Made by a program: the position numbers and the translations under genes. A DNA stretch of 64,000 bases from Parcubacteria group bacterium Licking1014_17 (GTDB lineage Bacteria; Patescibacteriota; Minisyncoccia; 2-02-FULL-40-12; IGHO2-01-FULL-4-A), in the NCBI GenBank assembly GCA_007376485.1, contig VMGJ01000003.1:17252-81251 (forward strand). Reading direction: 5' to 3'. The notes under the pieces were generated by a model. The model made no database searches. It saw only the letters and a program-made list of their open reading frames with translations, and was not told where the DNA came from. Below, piece after piece: positions 21,196 through 31,031 of the stretch; the stretch's first letter is position 1, and every line of letters starts with the position of its first letter.

Positions 21196-22248
21196 TCAAA
21201 AATCGCTAATTTTAAGCTTTTCATCTTTTCTGACTGGACGTCGGATCTTTCTTCCAATAAATTTCATATATTCTGACGGCGGAACACCATACCCCGGCCT
21301 CTTTGCTTCTAAATCATTAGGTTTGATTATGTCGCCGTCTTTTTTGGGTCTGGTGTATACAATGCTTTTTCTTACTAATTTAACAATCTTGAGTTCGCTG
21401 AGTGTCGGCTTTTTGTTTGGATTTCCGAGCATAATTTCAACTTCTCTTATGACCTTAATTTTTTCCAGCAATTCTGTCGGATTAGACGAAGCAATGTGAT
21501 CTGGGCCTTCCATATTTTTGTCCAATGTAAGATGACACTCGTAAAGCGAGGCGCCCAAAGCAACAGAAGCAATTGCAGCTTGATGATCCACAGTGTGATC
21601 CGAATAACCGATAGGAATCTTAAAGTTTTTAATCATATTGGGAATTACTGAAAGATTTACTTCTTCGGGCCGACATGGATATTCCGTAGTACAGTGCATG
21701 ACCGCAATGTGCTTAACGCCGCGTTGATATAAGCACCTAATCGTTCGGCGTATTTCTTCCATTGAAGACATGCCGGTACTGATGATAATCGGTTTCTTGG
21801 TTTTTGCTATTTCGTCTAAAAGAATAAAATTATTCAAATCTCCGGAGCCGATTTTATACACCAGAATACCGATTGACTCCAAAAAATTTACACTCTGTCT
21901 GCCTCCATGAGGAGTCGATAAAAACATAATTTTTTTGCTCTTGCATCTCTTAATTATTAATTTGTAAAAACTCTCTTTCAGCTCCAATTCCTCGAGCATT
22001 GCTAACTGAGTTCGCTTGCGACCGGTATTTTTCATTTGATAAGGTGCCATTTTACTTAGGCCAGTCACAACGTTTTCTGCTCTGAATGTCTGAAATTTGA
22101 TTGCATTGGCACCGGCTTTTGCTGCTGCATCTACTAGTCTTAGTGCTAAATCCAATTTGCCATTATGATTAACGCCGGCTTCAGCAATGATAAAAACAGG
22201 ACAATTTGCGCCTATTTTTTTATCACCAATTTTAATGATAGCAGTCAT
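21196..22248 (-). CDS. neuB: nonulosonic acid synthase (NeuB/PseI/LegI family) with C-terminal SAF domain
   Basis: Typical NeuB family features: AIKFQTF, the core YSDHT, and a C-terminal antifreeze-like domain. Confidence 0.8.
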   Translation of the reverse strand: MTAIIKIGDKKIGANCPVFIIAEAGVNHNGKLDLALRLVDAAAKAGANAIKFQTFRAENVVTGLSKMAPYQMKNTGRKRTQLAMLEELELKESFYKLIIKRCKSKKIMFLSTPHGGRQSVNFLESIGILVYKIGSGDLNNFILLDEIAKTKKPIIISTGMSSMEEIRRTIRCLYQRGVKHIAVMHCTTEYPCRPEEVNLSVIPNMIKNFKIPIGYSDHTVDHQAAIASVALGASLYECHLTLDKNMEGPDHIASSNPTELLEKIKVIREVEIMLGNPNKKPTLSELKIVKLVRKSIVYTRPKKDGDIIKPNDLEAKRPGYGVPPSEYMKFIGRKIRRPVRKDEKLKISDF

Positions 22249-22334
22249 TTATATTAATTTTAGAACAAAATAAAAGAAAAAGTCAATATCAAAAGCAATT
22301 TTTGCAGTAAATGACGAAAATATAAAAACCGAGG

Positions 22335-23843
22335 TTACAATTCAGGAGACTTGATGTGTTTTATTATACGGTCTGAAATCAGACGAATATCCCGGTTGTT
22401 TAGAAGTTTGGCCATGTCTCTTTCGGCCTGCATCTCTGTGAAGTTTATCGAAAAAGAATCCTCCATCAGAGCAGAAGCAAAATCTATCAATTCATCTTCC
22501 TTGTGAACATGATTTTCTAACAGTTGTTTAATCAGCAATGGCAATTCGCTGATATTTTGGCAATTTTTAACCATGGAAAGCGAATTGTAGTAAATTGAAC
22601 CGAAGGTAATGACAGGTTTTTTCAGCAAAACAGATTCCCAACCGGGAGTGCCTGTAATGATAGTGGTTAATTTGGCATTTTTTATTATTTCTATTGAATC
22701 TGTCTCGGTTTTAATGAGCCTTACGTTGGGTATTTTTTTCAATTGCCTATAAAAATTAGGATCGCGGTATCCAGTCATGGTCGGGTGCTCTTTGACATAT
22801 AGCTTAAAATTAATGGGCAACGATTGAGCAATGGCCATGGACATCCAAAGCTGGTCCATAAAATAGGGAGCATACATCAAGAGTGTCAGTTCGGGTTCAA
22901 ATTGAAGAGGAAAGAAAACATAATTTTCATTGTAATCAGGGGCATCAAATTTAGGTAATCTATATTTGCTGGTCCATAGCAGAAAGTTGTGTCTCAAAAA
23001 ATCAATCGGCGAATAACTGAAAACTTTGGGAAAAGAATTATCAAACCAGCCGAAGGTTTTATTGATGAAGTTCTTCATAAATAGCGAAAATTTCCTCCAT
23101 CGGCCCTGGGAAAGTGTATTCCACACCTCGGACGGCCTTACGTAATAGGGCTTCGTGGGTTTGTTTCTGAAATTGTTAATCCACGCGATTGCCTCGTTCC
23201 TGAAAGGGCTTGAATGTTCTCCTGCCCTTATTTTTTTGAACAGTCGATCAGTGCCCGTAAAAACGCCGAAAAGACTTTCGGTGATTCCAGCTTTGTCGGA
23301 GGGGCGGGTTACTCCCAAAACCAGAGTTTTTATCCCCAATCCCCGCGCAACATGATAAAGAAGATTCACACCCATTGCGCCGGCGTCGGTAAAAATTACA
23401 AAGTCAGGCTTGCACTCCATTAGCATTTTCTCAATTTTTTTGATTCTTATCTGGAGCTGCTGTTTTATTTGGTAGTGATTGAAAATCGGGCTAAATTTGG
23501 GGTAGAATTGCCGGGGCCAGTTAATAGACATATGCCTGTCGCTGTAAAATTCCTGCCAAAAGTAGGGATGGCCATATTTTTTTTCAGAAGAAGCAAGATA
23601 ATCTTTATCGACAACTTCATCCTTGGCTTCAATTGCCAGAAAGTCGTCCACAATTATCTGGTCATACTTAATATCTTCCTGGTCGTTGATAAAATCCAGG
23701 GCCTTCTTGCCATAAAGGTACCCGCACCAATTGCTGACGCCAAATCTGCTTCTCAAGTCCAGCACCATCGCGTGCTGCCATCTAATATATGAACGGTTAA
23801 AAAAAATACAACCTCTCATTTGTTTATAATTATTTAAAACCAA
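22335..23843 (-). CDS. capsule-polysaccharide-biosynthesis-like protein (KpsS/LpsZ-like putative glycosyl/nonulosonyl transferase)
   Basis: 502 aa. The central segment FVIFTDAGAMGVNLLYHVARGLGIKTLVLGV resembles the Capsule_synth family. The assignment is tentative. Confidence 0.35.
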   Translation of the reverse strand: MVLNNYKQMRGCIFFNRSYIRWQHAMVLDLRSRFGVSNWCGYLYGKKALDFINDQEDIKYDQIIVDDFLAIEAKDEVVDKDYLASSEKKYGHPYFWQEFYSDRHMSINWPRQFYPKFSPIFNHYQIKQQLQIRIKKIEKMLMECKPDFVIFTDAGAMGVNLLYHVARGLGIKTLVLGVTRPSDKAGITESLFGVFTGTDRLFKKIRAGEHSSPFRNEAIAWINNFRNKPTKPYYVRPSEVWNTLSQGRWRKFSLFMKNFINKTFGWFDNSFPKVFSYSPIDFLRHNFLLWTSKYRLPKFDAPDYNENYVFFPLQFEPELTLLMYAPYFMDQLWMSMAIAQSLPINFKLYVKEHPTMTGYRDPNFYRQLKKIPNVRLIKTETDSIEIIKNAKLTTIITGTPGWESVLLKKPVITFGSIYYNSLSMVKNCQNISELPLLIKQLLENHVHKEDELIDFASALMEDSFSINFTEMQAERDMAKLLNNRDIRLISDRIIKHIKSPEL

Positions 23844-23847
23844 ATGG

Positions 23848-24756
23848 TTATAGATAACTGCGAAATCTTAGGAATAGCCGGTATGCTTTCTCCCCCACCA
23901 ACAAAAACAATAAATTAGCGTACGCCCTTATATTTACCGGATTTATTTTTAGGGCATTCCAAAATAAAACCAAGGCTTCGCGCCTTTTTTCAGGGTAGCA
24001 CATTCGTCCCATTATTAAAAGATGGTTGCTATGTGCTTTGCGGTATTTTTTGTATAAAGGAAGGTGCTTTGAAAGCCCAAATTCATATTCATTAATTCTG
24101 TTATCAATATTCAATTTACTAGTGACAGTTTCCGCATGCCGGTAATATTTATACAAAGGTTCATGAATAAAATCCAAGCTATACTTTTGGGCAATTCTCA
24201 GCCACATATCCCAGTCATCTCCGAACCTAAACTGTTCATCAAAATATCCAACATCCGACAAGACACTGCGTTTAACTATAACTCCGCTGGAGCAAAAAAT
24301 TACGTTTCTCACCAACAATTCTTCCAGATAATTTTCAGATTTTGTAATTCTATAAATGCGTTCTTCATCATGTAGTTCGTCAATGATAAAAGCATCACAT
24401 CCAACCAGGGCTGTGTTATTCTTCCTTGGATGGTCCATCAAATAAACCTGCTTTTCTAGTTTTTTCGGCAGCCACTCGTCGTCATGATCTAAAAAAGCAA
24501 TTAGTTCACCAATAGAGTTTTTTATGCCGGTGTTTTTGGGTCCGGCAGGACCACCGGAATTTTCTTGATATATATACCTAATCCTCGGGTCATTATTTTG
24601 AAATTCGCTGATAATTTCCTTTGTGTTATCAGTAGAACCGTCGTCAACTACTATAAGTTCCCAGTCTCTGAAACTTTGATTTGAAACGCTTTCAATGGTT
24701 CTTTTTATATTTTTGGCACTGTTGAATGCTGGTATAATTATTGAAACTCGTGGCAT
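23848..24756 (-). CDS. family 2 glycosyltransferase
   Basis: VSIIIPAFNSAKNI, VVDDGSTDNT and the DHDDE motif. Confidence 0.7.
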   Translation of the reverse strand: MPRVSIIIPAFNSAKNIKRTIESVSNQSFRDWELIVVDDGSTDNTKEIISEFQNNDPRIRYIYQENSGGPAGPKNTGIKNSIGELIAFLDHDDEWLPKKLEKQVYLMDHPRKNNTALVGCDAFIIDELHDEERIYRITKSENYLEELLVRNVIFCSSGVIVKRSVLSDVGYFDEQFRFGDDWDMWLRIAQKYSLDFIHEPLYKYYRHAETVTSKLNIDNRINEYEFGLSKHLPLYKKYRKAHSNHLLIMGRMCYPEKRREALVLFWNALKINPVNIRAYANLLFLLVGEKAYRLFLRFRSYL

Positions 24757-24760
24757 GTTT

Positions 24761-25744
24761 TTATTTTCTGGCCGTTAGATAAAGTCCCTGGCCTTTCTTG
24801 CTGGCAATGAAAAGAATTACTGCTATCGGCCCAAAAACCACAGATAGGACTTTATCTTTCAAAGCTCCAAATTTAGAAACAATATCTTTATATTCATTTT
24901 TAGGATTTTCAGCGTTTCCCATGTTCGTTTTTTTATTTTTGGATTTTATCAGTTTTCTAATAAAAACTCCAAGTCCTAATCTTAACTTTGAGATGATGTA
25001 ATCTATTGGCAACTCCTCTCTAATGGAAATAGATTTGAAACCAATGGTTTTAGCCATTTCCAGTAAACAACTTTTATTCCATCTGGTAAGGTGATGATAG
25101 GGAAAATCCCAAAATTCATTTTTTGAACCTATACGAGAACGATTTGGCGTGCTTAGACAAAAATAACCTCCGATTTTAATGGACTTGAAGACGGCTTCTA
25201 AAAATTCCTTCGGATTATCAAGGTGTTCTATTATTTCAAGTCCGGTAATGACATCATATTCGTCATTATGCTTATTTAAAAAATTTAAAATATCATCTGA
25301 ATAGACATCTGTAAGACCGTAGTTTTTAGCAGTATTAATCTGATTTTCGTCAAAATCTATGCCAATAGTGTTAAAACCGGCTCTTTTAGCTTCAACTAAA
25401 AATCCACCGGTCCCGCAGCCGACATCAAGCAATTTGCCATTTCTAATTCCCGCCCGCGAAAGGGCATTCAAAAAATACTTATTTATTTTTCTGTTCCGCG
25501 CCATCCAAAGAAAAAAGTCTTTATCTACGACATCGCGATGCCTCAAATTTTGCTCGCAATTCTTATACCATTCTGGTCCCGGATTTTTAAAAGGAGACCA
25601 AAATTGGACTCGGCAAAAACGACACTCAAAAAGAGAGAAATCATCGGTGTCTGATTTGAAATTAGAAATAAACTCAAACCCGCCGATTTTACTTTTACAT
25701 ACCGGGCAAATTAAGGGTTCTATTTGAGTAGGCGGTCCTGACAT
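24761..25744 (-). CDS. class I SAM-dependent methyltransferase with N-terminal Cys4 zinc ribbon
   Basis: CPVCKSK...CRFCRV ribbon, then LLDVGCGTGGFL motif I. Confidence 0.65.
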   Translation of the reverse strand: MSGPPTQIEPLICPVCKSKIGGFEFISNFKSDTDDFSLFECRFCRVQFWSPFKNPGPEWYKNCEQNLRHRDVVDKDFFLWMARNRKINKYFLNALSRAGIRNGKLLDVGCGTGGFLVEAKRAGFNTIGIDFDENQINTAKNYGLTDVYSDDILNFLNKHNDEYDVITGLEIIEHLDNPKEFLEAVFKSIKIGGYFCLSTPNRSRIGSKNEFWDFPYHHLTRWNKSCLLEMAKTIGFKSISIREELPIDYIISKLRLGLGVFIRKLIKSKNKKTNMGNAENPKNEYKDIVSKFGALKDKVLSVVFGPIAVILFIASKKGQGLYLTARK

Positions 25745-25755
25745 GTTTGAGAATA

Positions 25756-26463
25756 TTATTTTACTTTAAGCAGATAACCTCGAGGATTAAAGGTAAGAAA
25801 GAATTTATTACCAACGTCACTAATAATAAAATTTTTATTTTCTTTTAAAAATTCATCTAATGCTTCCATTGGTCCTGGCCCGTGGTCGGGGAAAACAGGG
25901 TGTCCATTTACGTTAGTGTCCTCAACTATCAGATATTGGCCCAGCGTAACAATATCGCTATACAATCTTAATTCTTTCAATACATGTTCTTTGCTGTGAT
26001 CCGAATCTAAAACAACCATGACTTTTTGTGCATTTTTTACGGAATTTCTGACTTTATCAAACATCTCCAAAGAAACAGATGACCCCAAAAAATATTTTAT
26101 TCTCGGGTGTGCCGGCCTGTGAATATCTTCAATGTCTATTGTTATGACTTCGCCATGATGAATAATGTCACAGATTGATGCAAAAAATAAGGCGCCACCA
26201 CCACGAAAAGTGCCACATTCAATTATTAGGTCCGGCTTTAATTTATAAATCAACTCCTGGTAAATCCAGAGATCTAGTGGACACTTCCTCACGGGAATAC
26301 CTAAAAAGTGGGTATCTTTGTAAGTTTTACCAAGTGTGGCGGCAGAATAATACAATTCGTGAAACTGGTTTACAATTTCCTCTTTATTTCCCGAGCTTAT
26401 AAAGGCTTTTTCGCGGATAATCCGCCGCAAGAATTTTAATTCCTTTTTAATCGTTTTAATCAT
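25756..26463 (-). CDS. CmcI/cephalosporin-hydroxylase-family protein (putative sugar O-methyltransferase)
   Basis: DLIIECGTFRGGGALFFA motif typical of the CmcI family. Confidence 0.5.
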   Translation of the reverse strand: MIKTIKKELKFLRRIIREKAFISSGNKEEIVNQFHELYYSAATLGKTYKDTHFLGIPVRKCPLDLWIYQELIYKLKPDLIIECGTFRGGGALFFASICDIIHHGEVITIDIEDIHRPAHPRIKYFLGSSVSLEMFDKVRNSVKNAQKVMVVLDSDHSKEHVLKELRLYSDIVTLGQYLIVEDTNVNGHPVFPDHGPGPMEALDEFLKENKNFIISDVGNKFFLTFNPRGYLLKVK

Positions 26464-26570
26464 ACAGAAACATCAAAAAAAACAAGATTATTCAGTAAAA
26501 TGATAATAGCAAGACAGGAGTTCTTAATCAAATTGACCCAATGCTTGCTAATCTAGACAAAATATGGATA

Positions 26571-27650
26571 TCAATTTATATTTTCAATTAAAATCTCTAA
26601 TTTGTCTACATGGTCATCCCATGTGAATTCCCGGCTGCTGACAATTTTTTTTGCTTCTTGCGCAAGAAAAATAAGTATTTGGGGATTTTTAAAAAGCCTC
26701 CAAGTTGCGTTGGCTATGGCATGCGCATCTTTAGGCGGCACAATGACTCCAGAAAGGCCGTCACGGACAACTTCGGGTATACCGCCTACGGGAGTTGCTA
26801 TTACCGGCAAACCGGCAGCCATAGCCTCAAGAACAGCGTTGGGCATGCCCTCCCACAGTGAAGGAAAAACCAATAGGTCGGCTTCGCTATATGGCGGACT
26901 GCGCCTGCCTAAAAATTTTACATACTTTCCAATACCGAGTTTTTTTACTAATTCTTCCAGTATTTTTTGGCGACGGCCATTGCCGACCAAAATTAATTCA
27001 CAATTAATTCCCGGGAAATTATCTTTGATTATTTTGATTGCCTGAATTAAATAATCCTGACCTTTCTGAATCGTACTCATGGATCCTACATTCAACAACT
27101 TAAAAACGTCGCCGCGGTTATGTTTCGGGATGTTAAAATAAACCGAATCAATGCCGTTACGTATGACTGAAATCTTTTCCCCGGGGATGTAGATCTGACA
27201 GATTAAATCTTTTCTTACGGCTTCGCAATTAGTATAGAATTGGTCAATCTGCCGTTGGGTGGCCCGATTAAACAACTTATTAAAAAAGCCATGTCTTATC
27301 AAAATATTGCTTTCCCGCACTATAAAATTAAATCTGGGCGCAAATATTTTGGCAACTTTAAAAATCATGGTTGAGAAAAGAGAACCGCTTACCACTGCGT
27401 CCGGCTTATTTTTGCGAAGCCACCTAATAAGCTTAACCATTTCTTTTAAATCCAAAAACGAGGCGAAATAAAAAGGTAAGAAATGATCGGTCTTTATTTT
27501 AAGTTCGCTCTGAAGTTCGTTATGCTGATTTTTAAGCATTGGGAAAACAAACACTTCATGACCTCTTCTGGTCATACCATTGACTTCGTGGATAAGAGCA
27601 TACTCACTGCCGCCCTGAGCTAAATCATGTGTTGTAAAAATAATTTTCAT
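26571..27650 (-). CDS. GT4-family glycosyltransferase
   Basis: C-terminal EGMPNAVLEAMAAGLPVIATPVGGIPEVV signature of retaining GT-B GT4 enzymes. Confidence 0.7.
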   Translation of the reverse strand: MKIIFTTHDLAQGGSEYALIHEVNGMTRRGHEVFVFPMLKNQHNELQSELKIKTDHFLPFYFASFLDLKEMVKLIRWLRKNKPDAVVSGSLFSTMIFKVAKIFAPRFNFIVRESNILIRHGFFNKLFNRATQRQIDQFYTNCEAVRKDLICQIYIPGEKISVIRNGIDSVYFNIPKHNRGDVFKLLNVGSMSTIQKGQDYLIQAIKIIKDNFPGINCELILVGNGRRQKILEELVKKLGIGKYVKFLGRRSPPYSEADLLVFPSLWEGMPNAVLEAMAAGLPVIATPVGGIPEVVRDGLSGVIVPPKDAHAIANATWRLFKNPQILIFLAQEAKKIVSSREFTWDDHVDKLEILIENIN

Positions 27651-27657
27651 ATCTTTA

Positions 27658-29139
27658 TTAATTCCTCAACCGTCCTTTTTCAAAATATTCGCCAGAGGAA
27701 CCGATGGAATTAAGATCGGAAAGATTGGCACGATCACCGGTTCCTTTCGTGTTTTTTATGTTTTTGGCCGCTATGATACCCATTTCCAAAGAATGATCCT
27801 GGTTAGTGTATTTAAAACGCCCCGGGCGGCCAATGTACTGAAGATTATTAAAATTATCAAGGTATTTTTTTACTATACCCAGATTTTTTTTATAATCAAC
27901 ATCATAAACCGGGTAATCTTTGCCACCACGAAATACATAACAATTCCTGACTTCCTTCGCATTAAACAAGCCGTATTTTTCAAAAAACGGAAGAACTAAA
28001 GAAAGCAGTTCGTGACCGGAAGAATTGTGACGTTTATCCCCTTCGTTGCAAAAAAACTCAATAAAAAGAGATGTTTTATCCGGCGGCGACATTTTGGGAC
28101 TAAAATTTTTCATCTCGCTTACTCTATCAAAGGGTATCCCCGATTCCGGAAAATAAATCCATTGGTTTTTAGAAACATAATTTTTATCCAATGTTATAAA
28201 TAAACAAACTTGGCTGCGATACTTGAGATATAAGGCCGCATCCAGCACTTCTTGGGGAGGCAGAGGATCTAGTAATTTTACAAAATCAGTTAAGTGTATA
28301 GACTCAATTAAATTTTTAAGCTCAAAGGTTTGTATTTCCCCGCCCATATTCATTTCCACTGAAATAATTCTACTGTCCCTGTGTTTAACGCCTATGGGAA
28401 AACTTTGAAAATATATGGGATGGCCATGTTCTATTATCCTACTTTTAATGGTCTCATAAATTGTACCTGTTCCATAAATCGGATAATAAAATTCATCAAT
28501 GATAGTTTTTATAGAAGCTTTCCTCCTGAAAAGCATTTTCTTAATTAAACTAAGCAACAGTGAAAAAACGTTTAATCCGGCAATTCTTTGTTGGGCCCAG
28601 TCAGCATGGAGTTTAGACGAATCCATCCCCCATATTTTTTCTGTGTAATTAATAATACTGAAATGGGCCAGTGCCCTGCCGAAATTTGCTAGGGCGTAAT
28701 CCTTAAAGTTGTGTATAGGCTTCCTAAAAATTTTGTATTTTATAAACGCCAGGAGATAATCAATACTCATATTGAAAATTTTTGCCGGACCGACAATGCG
28801 TGCGGCCTGGATATAATTTATTGGATAATCAAAAAACCTACCGCCAATGAATTGTTGAGTATGTCTTTCAATCCTTTGCCAATCATCGCCTATTATTTCC
28901 TCGACAAATTTATAAAGACGCTGATTTTTTGAAAAAAAACGATGAGGACCGTAGTCGGTACGGAACACCAAATTTTCCTCTTTTACCAAATAAGTACGCG
29001 CTAAACCTCCAACTGCGTCATTTTTCTCAAAAATGGCAAAATTATATCCGTTCCTGCTTAATTCATAGCCGGCAGCTAATCCAGCTGGTCCGGCTCCGAT
29101 AATAATAGTTTTAAAATATTTAGATTCTTCCGGTTTCAT
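27658..29139 (-). CDS. FAD-dependent oxidoreductase (amine-oxidase / UDP-galactopyranose-mutase-like)
   Basis: N-terminal IIIGAGPAGLAAGYEL...FEKNDAVGGLA dinucleotide-binding fold. Located in the glycan locus. Confidence 0.5.
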   Translation of the reverse strand: MKPEESKYFKTIIIGAGPAGLAAGYELSRNGYNFAIFEKNDAVGGLARTYLVKEENLVFRTDYGPHRFFSKNQRLYKFVEEIIGDDWQRIERHTQQFIGGRFFDYPINYIQAARIVGPAKIFNMSIDYLLAFIKYKIFRKPIHNFKDYALANFGRALAHFSIINYTEKIWGMDSSKLHADWAQQRIAGLNVFSLLLSLIKKMLFRRKASIKTIIDEFYYPIYGTGTIYETIKSRIIEHGHPIYFQSFPIGVKHRDSRIISVEMNMGGEIQTFELKNLIESIHLTDFVKLLDPLPPQEVLDAALYLKYRSQVCLFITLDKNYVSKNQWIYFPESGIPFDRVSEMKNFSPKMSPPDKTSLFIEFFCNEGDKRHNSSGHELLSLVLPFFEKYGLFNAKEVRNCYVFRGGKDYPVYDVDYKKNLGIVKKYLDNFNNLQYIGRPGRFKYTNQDHSLEMGIIAAKNIKNTKGTGDRANLSDLNSIGSSGEYFEKGRLRN

Positions 29140-30511
29140 TTTTATATTTACCGCTGATCAACCGCCGAATTTCCGAGAGAGCGGGTCTCATACTGCCAAA
29201 AAATGATAACAGTAGGAACGGCTGTGCGGGTATACGATAGCGAACATCATAAGAAACTGGGCCAGTCAGTAACATAAATAATATTATAAAAAGAAAAAAG
29301 AAGATAAAATTAGGATCAAATTTCCTATAAAATACAGAATAAAAACTTAAAAGCAATGCTACCCCCCAGAATGCAGACTCAACAAGGTAGCGCCAATGGT
29401 CAGTGGTTTTACGCCAAAGAGATACAAAAGATTTATTCTCGGCCGCCGGATAGCCGGGATGAATAGTTCTGTTGTAAATCTGAATTGCGGATTCTATATC
29501 ACTTTTGAACAAAAAGATGATGCTCCCCTTAATGTGAAAAGTTATATAACCAGCCAGATTGGGCGCCAAATATTTTTTTATCAATGCCAAAATCTTATCT
29601 TGATTTTGAAGAAGCCGCAGATTACCTATACGATTCAGTTCGTTCTGGTAGGATATAAACTCTTCCGGATTTGATTCCCGATTTTTCTCCAAAAAAAGCA
29701 TCAAATTATAATTAGCGAAATTATAGGTGGATAAGGAAGAGAGTGAAAAAACTTTACTTATCCGATAATTTCTTACGCACCAGGGAACCAGCACTACACA
29801 TGACCCGAGAATCATAAAAAACACAGCTAAGACCAATCGGGTTTTAATTTTAACTCTAATCAGCCCAATGAGGGTAATGATTAGTACTAGAACTATGAGA
29901 TAAAGACCTATGGATCTTACTAGGGTCAGGCATCCCAATATTAACCCGCCAGAGAATGCCCAGTAATAATTTATTTCGAAAATTCTTTTAATATACAGAT
30001 AAGTAAAAAGAATGACCAAAAAGACGAATAGGATATCAGAATAAATAACTGCAGTGTAAAAAGAGGTAATCGGATTAATTCCATAAAACAAACCGGCGAA
30101 GAAACCGGCTTTGGGAGAATAGATCTGGCATCCGATTAAAAAAATTAATAAGGAAGTTATTAATAATAGTATAATCTGGAAAAACGGTAAAATCTTTGGA
30201 TTTTTAAAAAACAACAAAATACCAGCCAAAAATAATGGATATCCGGGAGTTCTAAGAGTATCCGGTGCCCCCAAGGAAGAATCAATAGTAAAAACACCTT
30301 TCTCTACAATATTTTCAGCCAGTGTCAGATACTCAGTGGAATCATTTCCCCTAGTAGGATAAATCCTCTGATATAAGCTGCCGCCCTTGTATGACCATGA
30401 CAAAAAAAACGCATAAATAATAAAATTTATCGAAAAAACCAAAATCATCAAAATTTTCCAATAATTACTTTTCAAATCGAGTTTAAACAATTTTCCTTTT
30501 TTCGGCCGCAA
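29120..30511 (-). CDS. GT-C-fold membrane glycosyltransferase (ArnT/PMT_2-like)
   Basis: 463 aa with more than 10 TM helices. N-terminal DSTEYLTLAENIVEKG...RTPGYPLFL resembles the PMT_2/ArnT loop. Confidence 0.5.
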   Translation of the reverse strand: MRPKKGKLFKLDLKSNYWKILMILVFSINFIIYAFFLSWSYKGGSLYQRIYPTRGNDSTEYLTLAENIVEKGVFTIDSSLGAPDTLRTPGYPLFLAGILLFFKNPKILPFFQIILLLITSLLIFLIGCQIYSPKAGFFAGLFYGINPITSFYTAVIYSDILFVFLVILFTYLYIKRIFEINYYWAFSGGLILGCLTLVRSIGLYLIVLVLIITLIGLIRVKIKTRLVLAVFFMILGSCVVLVPWCVRNYRISKVFSLSSLSTYNFANYNLMLFLEKNRESNPEEFISYQNELNRIGNLRLLQNQDKILALIKKYLAPNLAGYITFHIKGSIIFLFKSDIESAIQIYNRTIHPGYPAAENKSFVSLWRKTTDHWRYLVESAFWGVALLLSFYSVFYRKFDPNFIFFFLFIILFMLLTGPVSYDVRYRIPAQPFLLLSFFGSMRPALSEIRRLISGKYKNETGRI

Positions 30512-31031
30512 TTTTGCGACTAAATTGTATGTTGCGTATTTTCATAAAACCCAAAAAATTAAGGGGCAAATCACTACGGACAGTTTTTCGGGCTTTATTG
30601 ATATAAAATATCACTTCCCAACGCCGATAACAATATTTTACTTATTCGCTCAAAATGATGATATAACAGGACATTTTAATGTTGACATAATAGTTAATTA
30701 ATAGTAGGTATTAATGGGCATATAAATTACCCCTGAAATCGGAGGAAGGCGTGGAAAAAAGCAGAGAAGATAAAGTTGCAATTTACCTGAGGTTCAAAGA
30801 CAGGACAATAAAATTCAGAATATGCCCAGAGGATGTCCGGTTGGATGTTACTCTGGATATTGAAGATTGGGGGTGGCAACATTCAGGTGTTGATAGCCCG
30901 CCGAGATGAAGATCATATACTAGTATGGTCAAACGTTGGCAGTTCTTTCACTATTACAAGAGAATCATCTGGGCGATGGCGGATTAGTAAATCCTGAAAG
31001 CCTACAAATTGGTCGGTGAAAGCCGGCCTTT

